Positions 42,401-55,159 of a stretch of 64,000 nt of DNA are shown piece after piece. Origin of the DNA: Proteromonas lacertae (lineage: Eukaryota). The stretch spans positions 186,001 through 250,000 of the forward strand of contig NGBS01000871.1 in the NCBI GenBank assembly GCA_002245135.1. The letters are read 5' to 3'. The notes under the pieces are model-generated. The model saw nothing but the letters and a program-made list of their open reading frames with translations, had not been told where the DNA came from and searched no databases. The stretch's first letter is position 1. The number at the start of each line of letters is the position of its first letter. The position numbers and the translations under genes were made by a program.

Positions 42401-43874
42401 TAGAATCAATAGAAGAAATAGAAGAAAGAGAAAGAATAGCTTTTGAAAGAGTTCAATCTTTATGGAAAGATGTTTCATTACTTTCACTATTACCAAAAGA
42501 AGTATTTACAAAAGTAGCTGATGCATTTAAACCAATCAGATTCACCAAAGGTTCAACTATTATACAACAAGGTGAAGAATCAGATACATTTTATATCATC
42601 AAGCAAGGAAATGCTGATGTGTTTTTCTACAGAAGAGGCAATAAAATCAGGTTAAAGACATGTGGTCCTAATAGTTACATTGGAGAATTAGATTTGATTA
42701 ATAATTGCAATTATACTGCCACAGTTATTGCTACTTCTGATGTGGTTGATTGTTTGTCATTAGATCAAGCCACTTTTGTCAATTTTGTTGGTCCTTATAT
42801 TGGTGCAATAGGTGAAGAAGCTAGGAAAAGAGATGTTCAAACAATAATCAATGTCTTGGAGAAATTTCCATTTTTTAATTTATTACCAACAGATGTTCAT
42901 GTTGCACTATCCAATCATTTGAAGAATAAATCATTCCATGATGGAGAAGTGATAATAAAAGAAGGAGATACTGAAAATATTGTATTTTATATCATTCTAA
43001 ATGGAGAAGTGACAATCACAAAAAATGAAGATCTATCCTCTGTTATTACAATATTGAAAAATGGAGATTATTTTGGCGAGCTTGCTTGTCTATCCAAAGG
43101 TCCAAGATCTGCTAATGTAATCGCACATGGTTTAGTAGAAACTTTATATTTAGATTTACCTCATTTTGAAGAAATATTATCCAGTTATTTCATTAAATCA
43201 ACCAGTGCTAGAAGTATTAGTGAAGCTTCATCTGGATTAGGAATTCCAAAGACTGATAGGTTTAAATCAAGACATTTGAACGAAAGCAAACCTTTAGCAC
43301 CTGTATCACCACAAAGTGCACCAAGGACTAGAAAACCAGGTGCTTCTAATAGAGCATTACAGTTGTATATTATTATATTATTATTATTTAATTAATTAGA
43401 ATTGGTGATCCTGAATTGAATAGTTTAACTGAAGAAGAATTAGATTTAGGTGAAGATGATGATACAATATTATATGATAGAACAACAGCAGCTCAAAAAC
43501 CACATTATATTGTATTAAAAGTACTGTCTGGACCATTGAGAAGGGAGTTATATATAATAGAAAGTGAATTAATTACAATTGGAAGAGGTGTTTGTACTTT
43601 GTCAATTAATGATTTAAGTTTAAGCCCAATTCATTGTACAATTGAATATAGAGAAGGAGGTTATTGGTTGTCTGATGCTAATAGTGAATCTGGTACATAT
43701 TTACAGTTGGAAGTTGGATTAGCATTTCCTGTTCAAGTGGGTGATGTTTTTAGGATTGGTAATACTGAGATTAATATATTAGGTAAGACAAAGACTCAGT
43801 CTACACCTACGGATAAGCCTGGAGTGACTACACAAACAGCTGATGAGAATGAACATTGTTGTGTAATATCTTAA
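39497..43874 (+). CDS. Casein kinase 1 fused to three FHA, two cyclic-nucleotide-binding and a fourth FHA domain, ending in CCVIS (CaaX)
   Basis: IGNGSFGE, VAIKFE, LVMELLG, RDIKPENF, IDFGLSK, LTGTARYCSINAH, EQSRRDDLE, LPWQGL. In-frame splice 40744-40779 into the FHA region. cNMP motifs GELDL and GELACL..PRSANV. Confidence 0.85.
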
Positions 43875-44032
43875 TAGTAATTTTCTATATAAGTTATTAA
43901 AATACAAGTTGTTTGTTTTGTTATAAATAGCATATAATCAAGTAGATAGTGAGATAATTACCTTTTTTCAATTTAGAATATCAAGCTTTTACAAACAAAA
44001 TTTCAAGTCAAGCTTTTTTCATTGAAATTTTA

Positions 44033-44563
44033 ATGAGTGAAAACCAGCCTAGATTGGATGAGATTGGAAATTCTGTTAATCCTGATGCTAAAACAGCTAA
44101 GTGGATGTTAGAAAAAGTATTTTAAAATGTGATTCTAACCTTTAGCTTGATGAAGAAGTGAATAGACTGAAGAATTTAGGTACTAAATGCATTAAAATAC
44201 CGATTCGTAATGTATTCTGAAAATATGTAATTCAAAATAGACTGCATTGGTTGTTGAAGGAACAAAGAAGTGTATTAATAGAATAGAATTAAACACATCA
44301 TTTAATTTTAACCAAGTAAAACAAATTTTACTAAGTGATCCCATTAAAAATCCATATAAAGAGAATTATTTATATGTATAAGTTTCATTTGATATTTCTG
44401 TTAGATTAACGTTGTACTATTTACAGACAAACCAATGCCAATAATAATTCCATACACATATGATTCTACATATAAAATGAATGATTTGAAGCATTGGATG
44501 TTTATTAATGATAAAAATGAAAGATCTGAGCATGTAGTTTCTAATTATCAAGATATTGTATAA
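44033..44563 (+). CDS. Small hypothetical protein (3 introns, ~147 aa)
   Basis: Clean in-frame splicing of four exons, followed by a TGTTTGTT-type GU-rich element. No recognised domain. Confidence 0.65.
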
Positions 44564-44813
44564 AATGTGTTATTAATTCTGTTTGTTTGGAGTTGTTTAT
44601 TCTTTTTTTTAAATATAACTATATTTTATTTCCAAAACAAATAATACACTTCCTAATGAACAAATTTAATTTAATTGATTATAATACAACCGCATTTAGG
44701 TATTTAGCGAAGAGCAAATGTATCTGATAGTATATATGTTGCAAACTATCTTAGTATCTTTAATAAATAGATTTAATGTATATTGTTATATATAATTATA
44801 TATTTGTTGTGAT

Positions 44814-45760
44814 AATGAGAATAATAATAAAAGGCTTGAATTTCGATTTGATATATTTTCACAAATAAACTTAAAATATGGAATCTAGTGAAATAGAATT
44901 TGAAATCCGAGAAATAGGAAAAGGTAGGCATAGTGTTGTAATGTTAGTTGAAAGGGGTGGTGTTAAAATGGCAAGAAAAGAAATAGATGTGTCAAAACTT
45001 CCTCCTGATGAAGTTAAATCGATAGATGAGGAAATAAAATTATTAAGTGTATTGAGAGATAGAAGTGTGCTAATCTACAAAGAATATAGACATGATAATA
45101 TGAACAACAAATATTACATATACACCGAATATCTTGAAAATGGAGATCTATTTCATTTGATCCAAAAGCAAGTAGCTAAAAGAGAATATTTTGATGAAAA
45201 GGTATAATTATTGTATTATTTGATAATAATAGACTATAAGAGTATATGTTGAAGATATAGCAAATGCATTAAAGTATATTCATAGTAAAGGAATAATTCA
45301 CAGAGATTTAAAACCTGCAAACATCTTTATAGGAAATCATAACAAATTAATAATTGGAGATTTTGGAATAGCAGTAAAAAGTGGTGATAAAGAAGTAAAA
45401 TTAATCGGAACAGCAGGATATATTGCTCCAGAGTTGTGGATTAGTAATCCTCCTAGCTATACAGCATCAACTGATATATTTTCCTTTGGTTGTATTTTAT
45501 ATGAGATATATACATTTCAAATGGCTTATAATGGTGAATCAAATACAAAAATTAGAGATTTAATATTAAATCCAAATTATCAAATACAATTTAATAGAAA
45601 TCCACAAATCTTTAATGTAGAATATCTAATAACAAGAATGTTAGAAAGAAATCCAATGAATCGTATAAGTTTAGATGAAATATTTACTACAATTGAACGA
45701 TGGAAAAATGGAATAAAAATATCAATGAATAGTTCATTTGATAATATAGAAAGTTTAGGT
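44814..45760. repeat. Inverted-repeat arm K1 (kinase + promoter), pairs with 53243-54184
   Basis: Near-identity by eye including the intron and the upstream AATGAGAATAATAATAAAAGGCTTGAATTTCGATTTGA; first ~25 codons diverged. Confidence 0.9.
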
Positions 45761-46201
45761 GAAAGAATAGTTAATTCACCTATAAAACATCAACCTATAC
45801 AACAACAAAAACTTCCACAGCAACCTCCTTTACCAGTATTTCCAGTTCTACCAATTCAACAACCAGTTCAGTCCAATAAATTCATTAATATAAGTAAGAA
45901 TCAACCAAATCAGTTAAATCAAGTAATGATGACTATTTATCCACCTCCACAATCACATTCTCCACCTCTTCCACCACCATCACAACAACAACAACCATTA
46001 TCACCTTCAATTTCACCTTCAATTTCACCAACATCACTCTCAGCTCAATTATCTCCTACACAACAAAAACCAATCAAAGTAAATAAATATATAAATATAA
46101 GCAATAATTTGAATAATAAACAAATGCAATATCCTTTATCTCAACCACCAATATCACAACTAAATTTCATTCAATTAAATAATGTTTATCCATTATCTTA
46201 A
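44878..46201 (+). CDS. NEK-like Ser/Thr kinase with short Pro/Gln-rich tail (kinase-only paralog)
   Basis: IGKGRHS, MARKEI, EEIKLL, EYLENGDL, HRDLKPANI, GDFG, GTAGYIAPE, TDIFSFGCILYE; one intron. Confidence 0.85.
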
Positions 46202-46287
46202 AACTTAATTATTTATAATTTTTGTGTTGTTGGGATTGAAATTTCTCATAATAACAATATTTAGGTTTGATTATGATTTGATCAAAT

Positions 46288-47417
46288 ATGAATAAAAATT
46301 CTTTTTATCTCCCTGTTGAAGGATTTTTTTCTTCTCATTCACTTGATAATATCAAAAAATCACCAGTGTCTTTAATATTTGATAGTAATTCCATCTATAA
46401 AATAGAAAATGACAGTAAAAGTTGTAGTTACAAGCAAATATGTATAAAAGTAGACACATATACTTATTAGACAAATGTGAGTCGAAAATGATGTATGTAA
46501 TAGATTTTATAAATGATTCTGATTGTGAAATATTAGTACAATCGATTAATAACAAGAATAACATGGAATTATCTTTGTTTAAATATAAAGAGGAAGGGGA
46601 AGAATTACAGTTATTATCTTCCATTGTTATTGATTTTGAACCAACAGAAACTATACTTGATTCTTACCTATTCCATGATATTTCAAGTCCAATATTGGTA
46701 ATAACATCAATAGATTGTAGATGTCACTATTATACTTTCAAAAATCATAAAATAGAAAAATACACACCAAAACATTCATTTTATAATATAATGAATTTAA
46801 CATCTTCATACATAGTAAAAATGCAAATATATAAAGAGAATAGCAACAATAAAATATGGTTAATGCTTGGATATGAAGATGGATCTTTTATTGTTATTGA
46901 TACAGATGAGTATTATTGAGTTTTATATTGTATAATAGAAATATTCAATATAATTGCATTTTTCCTGGTACAGTTTCTTCAATATTAACATTTCCTAATA
47001 CATTAACCTGTAATTATAATGATCATTCTTTTATATTGATTATTGGTACAATATATGGTGAAATATATGAATGTAAATTGAATAATGAATTGGTATATGA
47101 TTTTGTAATTTTATGTGATAGAAAATAATAGAATATGATTGTTTATACAGTAAGAAGAGTTGTATTCTTTCATTATGCTATTACAAGGTATATAATGCAT
47201 ATGTATATTTTAATAGAATAGAATATATATTGGAACTTTTTCAGAAAAACTGATCATTTTGGATTATAACAATGAAGAAAGTGATAATGAAAAGAAAGTG
47301 AAGAAAATTGATTCATTTGTGTATTCATATCCAATTATGAGTTTAAAAACAGTAGAGAATGAAATGTGTATTTATATTGCTACATTAAGAGAATTGTACA
47401 TCTTAAAACTAAAATAA
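46288..47417 (+). CDS. Beta-propeller protein, possibly kaptin (KPTN)-like
   Basis: Beta-strand-rich spliced ORF: DFEP..ILVITSIDCRCHYY, LMLGYEDG, GTVSSI, YIGTFSEKLII, YPIMSL..IATLRELYIL. Family call is from pattern only. Confidence 0.4.
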
Positions 47418-47431
47418 ATAATGAATTTTAT

Positions 47432-47896
47432 TTAATCTGTTTTTATTTTTGGATAGCATACATATCCTTCATAATACTGAGAGTTAATTTCTATACTTTT
47501 CTTTGTATTTGTATTATCTGATGTTTTATCATCATATAACTCGCACTCTGAATGATTAATCACTTTATAATCATTATGGTTAGGTTTATACGACTAAATA
47601 ATGTAAAATTAATAATATACTTCAATTATTTTGCAATAACTAATAAACTTGTTTAATTTCTTTTCTAATTCATTATTTGAAGATTTTCTAATATGAGATA
47701 ATTCATACAAGTGGTTTATCTAGAAAATGATAATTTCTACATATATTTACTTCTAATTTAGTTACTGCATTTTTATTCGTTTCAATAGATTTTCCTTGGA
47801 TATCATTAATAGATAAAACAGGCTTCTTAACAATCTAATCGATAATATTGCATATTATACTTGTTTTAATTCAAAATGCGAAATATACCGTCTCAT
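47432..47896 (-). CDS. Glu-tRNA(Gln) amidotransferase subunit C (GatC)-like, 3 introns
   Basis: Spliced: VTKLEINHLYELSHI..LEKKLNKFISYCKIIE..LYDD..GYVCYPK, a GatC-like pattern. Confidence 0.5.
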
Positions 47897-48019
47897 TATT
47901 GATTTTAATGATATATTTAAGGTAATTAGCTTGATTGTTTTTTCAAAAAACATTAAAATAAAAATGAAGCTTGAATAAAAGCTTGTAAATCTATTTTGAT
48001 TTCTTTTAAAAAACAAAAA

Positions 48020-51000
48020 GAAATACAAATAATTAAATGGTTTTAAAGATTGGATTTAACTTTTCCAGAAATGTTTTTAAATCTGGTTTTATAACAATCT
48101 TTGATGTATTTTTCATTAATTCTTCAATTTTTCTTTTTAAATCTCCAGTAAATTCTTTCATTTTTGGAATTGTATAAAAATCTTTAATACAATCACATAC
48201 TTTCTCTAAAATTATCCAATAATTTTCATTTTCAATGAAATTGATTTTACTATTACATAATATAATTATCAAAATATACAATTCTTTTGTATTTATATTA
48301 TCAACACTAAACCCCTTAATTTCTATTCCAATTGCCTTTAATGATTTTTGAATTGTTTCATTTACTCTTCCTAAACATTCTTTATTATTCTTTATTTCAT
48401 TGATTTCTGAATCTGTGAAGAATGGTTTTGTTGGAATAATATTCTATTCATTATAAAAACTAAATTACATACAATATTCTTAACAATTGAAGAACAAGAA
48501 GAATTAATTCTCAATTTCTTAAATTCAACTCTACCAAAGTAATAATCTTTTATTTGTTGTTTAAAGTAATCTTCTCCTGATAAAGATTTCTTAGCTGGTT
48601 GAAAACTATTAATTAGATTATTCTTCAGTTTTTTCAATTGATTCTTTATTTCATTTTCTGGAAATATACAACATTCTGTTATTAATTCCAATATATGCAG
48701 TGATTGTCCATCTCTAATAATATATTAAATTACAATATTTATATATACAAATCATCTATATTTGGATGATGTAAACCACTAATATCAAAACGAATATTAT
48801 ATTCAGATAAGAACTTGTTTGATAAATCTAAAATTTTGTTAACTTTTTCTTTATCCAGTTTAAATACTATATATTAATAGAAATTAAATCATATATACAT
48901 TCACTATCATCTTTTGTGAATTTTGGACTTTTTTGATCAATTTTGGGAAATATAATATTATAATGTTCTTCTTTAAAATCAATTGTGTGTAAAACTACAT
49001 TTTTCATCTCTATTAAATCACTTATTTTATAATAATTTCTATCTATTTTCAAAGGAGTTATATCATCATAAAACTGAAAAACTATCTAAACGTCAAATAT
49101 TATATTAATTAATACATTAATTTCATTTTTTTCCTTACTAATTGGTGATAATGGAGGTTTTTTCTTATAATTCTTTTGAAATTCTAATACAGAATTTGGA
49201 ATATCTAAAATGTCATCTAACTTTATTAATTGAGAAAAATCTTTTGCTTTAGTCATTATTTCTTTAATTCTTTCTTCATTTCCTTTGTATTTTGATTCAT
49301 CTAATAATTCTATTTTTTTGTTTAAATCATCATATATTAATCCATATTTCTGTACAAATTTATAAAGAAAATTATTGTATCTTTCGATTGTTCTTGATTT
49401 ATTCTTTTTCATTTCTTTAATATCATCTTCTGTTAGTTTTGGATTATTCTGTTTCTTTGTTGGAAATATCCACTAATGTATTATATAATTAGGAAATATA
49501 CTGGAATATATTTTTCTATATTCAATTTGTTAAAATCATATTCACTCATTTTACATATATCTTCAAAATTATATCCATTTACTCTTTTATACCATAAAAT
49601 AAATTCTTTCTATTTCAATAATACTATTGATTATATACAATTTTAACATTAGGTATAACTGGAGAAACACTTCTATTCAGTGGTGGGGGATTATCAGTTG
49701 ATTCACCATTTATAAAACTGATAATTAAATCTGGAATATCAATCAATGAATAAAATTCTACAATTTCAAAATAACTCTTCATTCTTTTCATTATTCCTTC
49801 TATCTCATTTTTATATACTTCTATTTTACTTCTATCTGTTGATATAACTCTTCTGTTTATCTCATCATATTTCAATCCATATTTGGATAAGAATTTGTTT
49901 ATTATAATTTTGTATTTCTTTTCTAATTCACTCTTTTTTCCTTTTATTTGATATACATCTACTACAGTAATTTTACTTTCTTCAGGAAATAAATACTATA
50001 AAATATAAGTGGTAATAAACTTATACAGGAATAAATTTATCTATTGAAAAACTGTTGAAGTTTGATTGAGTCATATTCACTATCTCATCAAATGTTTTTC
50101 CACAAACAGGTGAAGAAAGTAATAAGAATGATTTCTATTAATAAATAAATTGAAAAATACAATAGGATTTGAAGATGGAGGTGGTGGAGGATATATTTCT
50201 CCTTCCTTTTCATTTATAAAACGTAGAACAGCTGTAGGTATTTTCAATAATTCAATCTGATCTATATCATTTAAAGATATTTTTATTCTTCCCATTAATT
50301 GTTTTATTTTTTCTTCATTTCCTTTGTATTTTGATTCAACTATTATTTTAATTATTTTACTCTTTTCATCATATTTCAATCCATATTTGGATATTAATTT
50401 CTTAAGAAAATTGCCGTATGATTTTTCTACTCTTTTAGTAAATTCTTTCATTTTTCTAATATCATCTTCTGTTAGTTTTGGATTATTCTGTTGCTTTGTT
50501 GGAAATATCCACTAATATATTATATAATTAGGAAATATACTGGAATATATTCATCCATATAGAATTCATTAAATTCATATTGATTCATATTATATATATT
50601 TTCAAAACTGTATTGATTTACTTTTCTGTCAAATAGAATGAAATCTTTCTATTTGATTATTAATATTTTAAAAAATACAATTGCTGTAATGTTTAAATTT
50701 CTGTGATTAATTATCTTTTCTATTAAAGAATAGTATAAATCATCTATTCCACATATTACCATTAAACTATTCTTTATTCTATTTAATACTTTCAATGATT
50801 CATCTCTAACTCTCCAATAACTATTTTAATCATATTAATAGAAATATACTCATAATTATCATTAATTCTAAAATCATTTCCATTTTCAACAACATCATAA
50901 CCATATTTTTCTAATATTAAATGAATTATTTCTTTATTGTTATATTTAAATAAATCATCATTTTGAAAGATCTTTCTATCATTCTCTGTAAATGAAGGAT

Positions 51001-52282
51001 TATCTTGATCAACTATTGGTAATAACCACTAAAATATAATAATAATTATTATTTATACATTCAATTCATTCAATGGATACCATTTTCGAAGGTCTTCATG
51101 TTTCATATTGACATAATCTTTAAACCAATAGCCAGTTTCAGATCTAATCTCTCCTCTATAAAATTTTATTACCTATTTCAATAAATTATAATATATAATA
51201 CATCTGATTCTACATGCATTGTTCCTTTAATTCGATCTTGAATTATTTTATTGATCAAATTGATTTTATCATTTTCTTTGAATGTATCTTTTATGCTTTG
51301 TCTTAAATGCTCTAATACTCTCTTTGTTTCTTCTTTTCCTTTCCATATACTATAATTATTTGGATGTTGCTGAAATGAATTATCTTCAAATTCAACTACA
51401 TATCCATTCTTGATTAATACAACTCTCATTAAGTCATAATAGTATATTTTTATCATTTCATTTTCTACAAATTCTTTTCTTTCTTCTTCTGTAAATTTGG
51501 GTGGATGGATTTGATTTAAGTGAGGAAAGAAAAACTATAATCATTATCAATATAAAATATACATATAAATCATCATGATTAAAATAATTTTGAGATGTTT
51601 TTCCATCTAAATTCATATAATAATCCAATTTGTGTTTATTATATTCTAATTCTACACAATAGAACTTTATTATCTATTCATTATTATATAGAATGAAATA
51701 CGTTTGATTTAATTGCTTTATTCTCTTCTTCTTTATGTTGCTTTGATTCTATTCTTCCATTCTTTACTTTTTCTTTATTCTTGTCTTTTGATTTGTTGTT
51801 TTTATCTTGATTATTTCTTTCTTCAATTATTTGACAATCTATTATTAGTATATCAATATTTTTATTATTACTTTCTAGTAATTCGTTCAATCTATCTAAT
51901 AACTTTGAATCATTAAATGTATCTTTCATACTCTTTATCACTATCTTTAATAAATCAATACATTTTGATTTTGACATATTCTCACTCTTTCTATTATTAC
52001 AATATTACAAATATATATATACAAACATATATTTATTAAAGAATCTATCAACAAATTGTAGTTTTCTTCTATTATATCATTTTCTACAAATTCTTTTTTG
52101 ATTTCTTCATTGAATAATGGTGATAATTGGTTTAAATGAGGAAATAAATACTATTTACATTTAAATATATCATTATATACACTACTATATTTCATATATT
52201 CTTCAATACTTAGATTTTGTTGATAATCATAAACATTTTTTCCATTTATATCTTCTTCAAATATATAGAATTGAATTATCTA
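48020..52282. repeat. Inverted-repeat arm R1 (OGFr-like array), pairs with 56352-59490
   Basis: Long stretches identical in reverse complement, including introns (e.g. ORFs 51178/57150, 48033/59232). Confidence 0.9.
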
Positions 52283-54124
52283 TAAACAATTAATGAATAA
52301 ATAACAAATACTTTTGATTTTTCACATTCTACAGTCTTTTCTACATTATTTTCTCTATTATCAACTTCTTTCATTATGTCTTTTTCATTTTTTTCTTTAG
52401 GTTTTACCTTTTCTTCTTTTTTTACTTTCTTTCTTTCATCATCATTCTTCTTTTTTTTATCTACTTCTTCATCTGAAGAAGAAGATGATGATGATAATTT
52501 TCTTTTCTTTTTATGATGATGTTTTCTCTTCTTCTTTTCTTCTTCATCACTACTTTCATCATCATTTTCATCATTATTACATTGAGGAGGTGGTGGAGGT
52601 GGAGGTGGTGGATATTGTTGTGGTGGTTGCAGTGGTAGTGGTGGTTGTAATGCCATTAATGGTTGATTACGATTGTTATTAATCTGCTGAGGAGGAGGTG
52701 GAGGTGGAACAAATTGTATTTGGTTATTATTCATATAAAAAGGATAATTATTTGAATATGGTGGTGGAGGTGGAGGTGGAATATTTGGATTATAATAAGC
52801 AGTTTGCATTATTTGATTTGGTGGTGGAGGTGTTGATAAATTTCCACTAAGATATTGATGATTATTCAGATTGTTTAGAATATTCATAAATTTATTTGTT
52901 TGATTTTGATTAGGTAAACTTGACTTTCTATTACTAATTATACTACTAGGTAATGATCTTCCCAATGGGTTATCTTCTACTACTTGAGGAGGGTTAATAG
53001 CAGGTGAAGGAGTAATGGATCTTTGATGAGCTTGTGAATTTGGTCTAACTGGCTGTTGAAACTGTTGTTGTGGTGGTGGTGGTTGTATTTGTGGAAATGG
53101 TTGTTGTGGTAGAAGTGGTTGTGGTTGTAGTGGTTGTTGTTGCATTTGTAGATAAGGTTGTGGTTGTTGTAGGTTTTGTTGTAATGGTTGTTGTTGCATT
53201 TGTAGATAAGGTTGTGGTTGAGGTCTATTTACAACTGTTACACCTAAATTTTCTATATTATCAAATGAACTATTCATTGATATTTTTATTCCATTTTTCC
53301 ATCGTTCAATTGTAGTAAATATTTCATCTAAACTTATGCGATTCATTGGATTTCTTTCTAACATTCTTGTTATTAGATATTCTACATTAAAGATTTGTGG
53401 ATTTCTATTAAATTGTATTTGATAATTTGGATTTAATATTAAATCTCTAATTTTTGTATTTGATTCACCATTATAAGCCATTTGAAATGTATATATTTCA
53501 TATAAAATACAACCAAAGGAAAATATATCAGTTGATGCTGTATAGCTAGGAGGATTACTAATCCACAACTCTGGAGCAATATATCCTGCTGTTCCGATTA
53601 ATTTTACTTCTTTATCACCACTTTTTACTGCTATTCCAAAATCTCCAATTATTAATTCGTTATGATTTCCTATAAAGATGTTTGCAGGTTTTAAATCTCT
53701 GTGAATTATTCCTTTACTATGAATATACTTTAATGCATTTGCTATATCTTCAACATATACTCTTATAGTCTATTATTATCAAATAATACAATAATTATAC
53801 CTTTTCATCAAAATATTCTTTTGTAGCTGCTCGATTTTGGATTTTATGAAATAGATCTCCATTTTCAAGATATTCGGTGTATATGTAATATTTGTTGTTC
53901 ATATTATCATGTCTATTTTCTTTGTATATCAAAACACTTCTATCTCTCAATACACTTAATAATTTTATTTCTTCATCTATCGATTTAACTTCATCAGGAG
54001 GAAGTTTTGACACATCTATTTCTTTTCTTGCCATTTTAACACCACCCCTATCAATTAATTTCACTACACTATATCCACCTTTTCCAATTGTTTTCATCTC
54101 TATTTCATTAGTGTTATTATTCAT
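48033..54124 (-). CDS. NEK-like kinase + Pro/Gln linker + eight tandem degenerate OGFr_N-like domains (~20 introns, ~1800 aa)
   Basis: Kinase exon 2 splices in phase 0 (intron 52280-52311) into repeated units with pattern [IV]xxFY..G../W[LI]FP..P.[LF]TE.D..F..L.KYG..RI..SL. No stop found along the spliced path. Confidence 0.75.
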
Positions 54125-54190
54125 TATGTAATTTTATGTGCAAAGTTCAAATCGAAATTCAAGCCTTTTATTATTATTCTCATTCTTTCA

Positions 54191-55005
54191 ATGAGTACTT
54201 CTGTGCAAACAACTAAAGTAGATTTTATAAACTTACTACAAAAAATGGAATCCTTTTCAACAGAAGAATTATCGAATATATGTGTCTCTCTGTATATATC
54301 TAAATTGAGGTATATTTTATTGAATTATATTGAATTAGTGAATTGTGGAAATTATTGAATGAAAATAACCAATATTTGAGCAAGCCACTCTCTTTTGAAA
54401 CATTAAGATCTTACGAAAAGAGATATTCAATCTTAATAAGGAATTTACATAACCCAAAATCATCAAAGAATCCAATTATAAATTCAAAATCCAAATCTTC
54501 AGATGTTCCCAACACAAAATCAAAAGAATTAGACTTAAAGAAACAGTTATTTGGTGTATGAATATATATAATTCAATACTATAAGTATTATTCATAGAAT
54601 AAGTATAAAAAAGAACTCCTAATTGATGAAGAGTATTAATAATCACATTATTCTCTATTAGGTTAGAAAATGATATAAATAAGCATGTATCATTTCAAAA
54701 TGACATAAAAAATGAAATATTATCAATGAGTGAACAGTTACAAATCCAAGGAAATGATGTAAATAGTATAATTAAATCAGATATGTCAATTTTAAAGCCT
54801 TCTCAACAATTAATGGAAGAAAGTATAAATATTTATGGAATTATTATATCATATAGATTCATATAATTTATCAAAAACTCAATTAAAGTTGGAAGAAGTG
54901 ACTCATAAAGGAAGATGTATGTGTTGCAATTATGTCTCCACTACTGTGATGATTATGATGATTTTTATGTTTATGGTGATGTTAATGAAAACATTACCAA
55001 AATAA
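54191..55005 (+). CDS. USE1: USE1-like ER Qc-SNARE (4 introns)
   Basis: QNDIKNEILSMSEQLQ..IIKSDMSIL..NLSKTQLKLEE SNARE helix, then Cys-rich CMCC and C-terminal TM ending MKTLPK. Confidence 0.65.
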
Positions 55006-55159
55006 TTAGTTTATTTATTGTTTTCTGTTGTTATGTAAATACTTTAATTAGTTCTAACCATTTTTTGTTATTCTTATTTGTCTAGCCGTTTAAATTATAT
55101 GAATATTTATAATAGGCTCGAATTGCTGTTTGAATTTTACATAGAAATTATTTAATATT

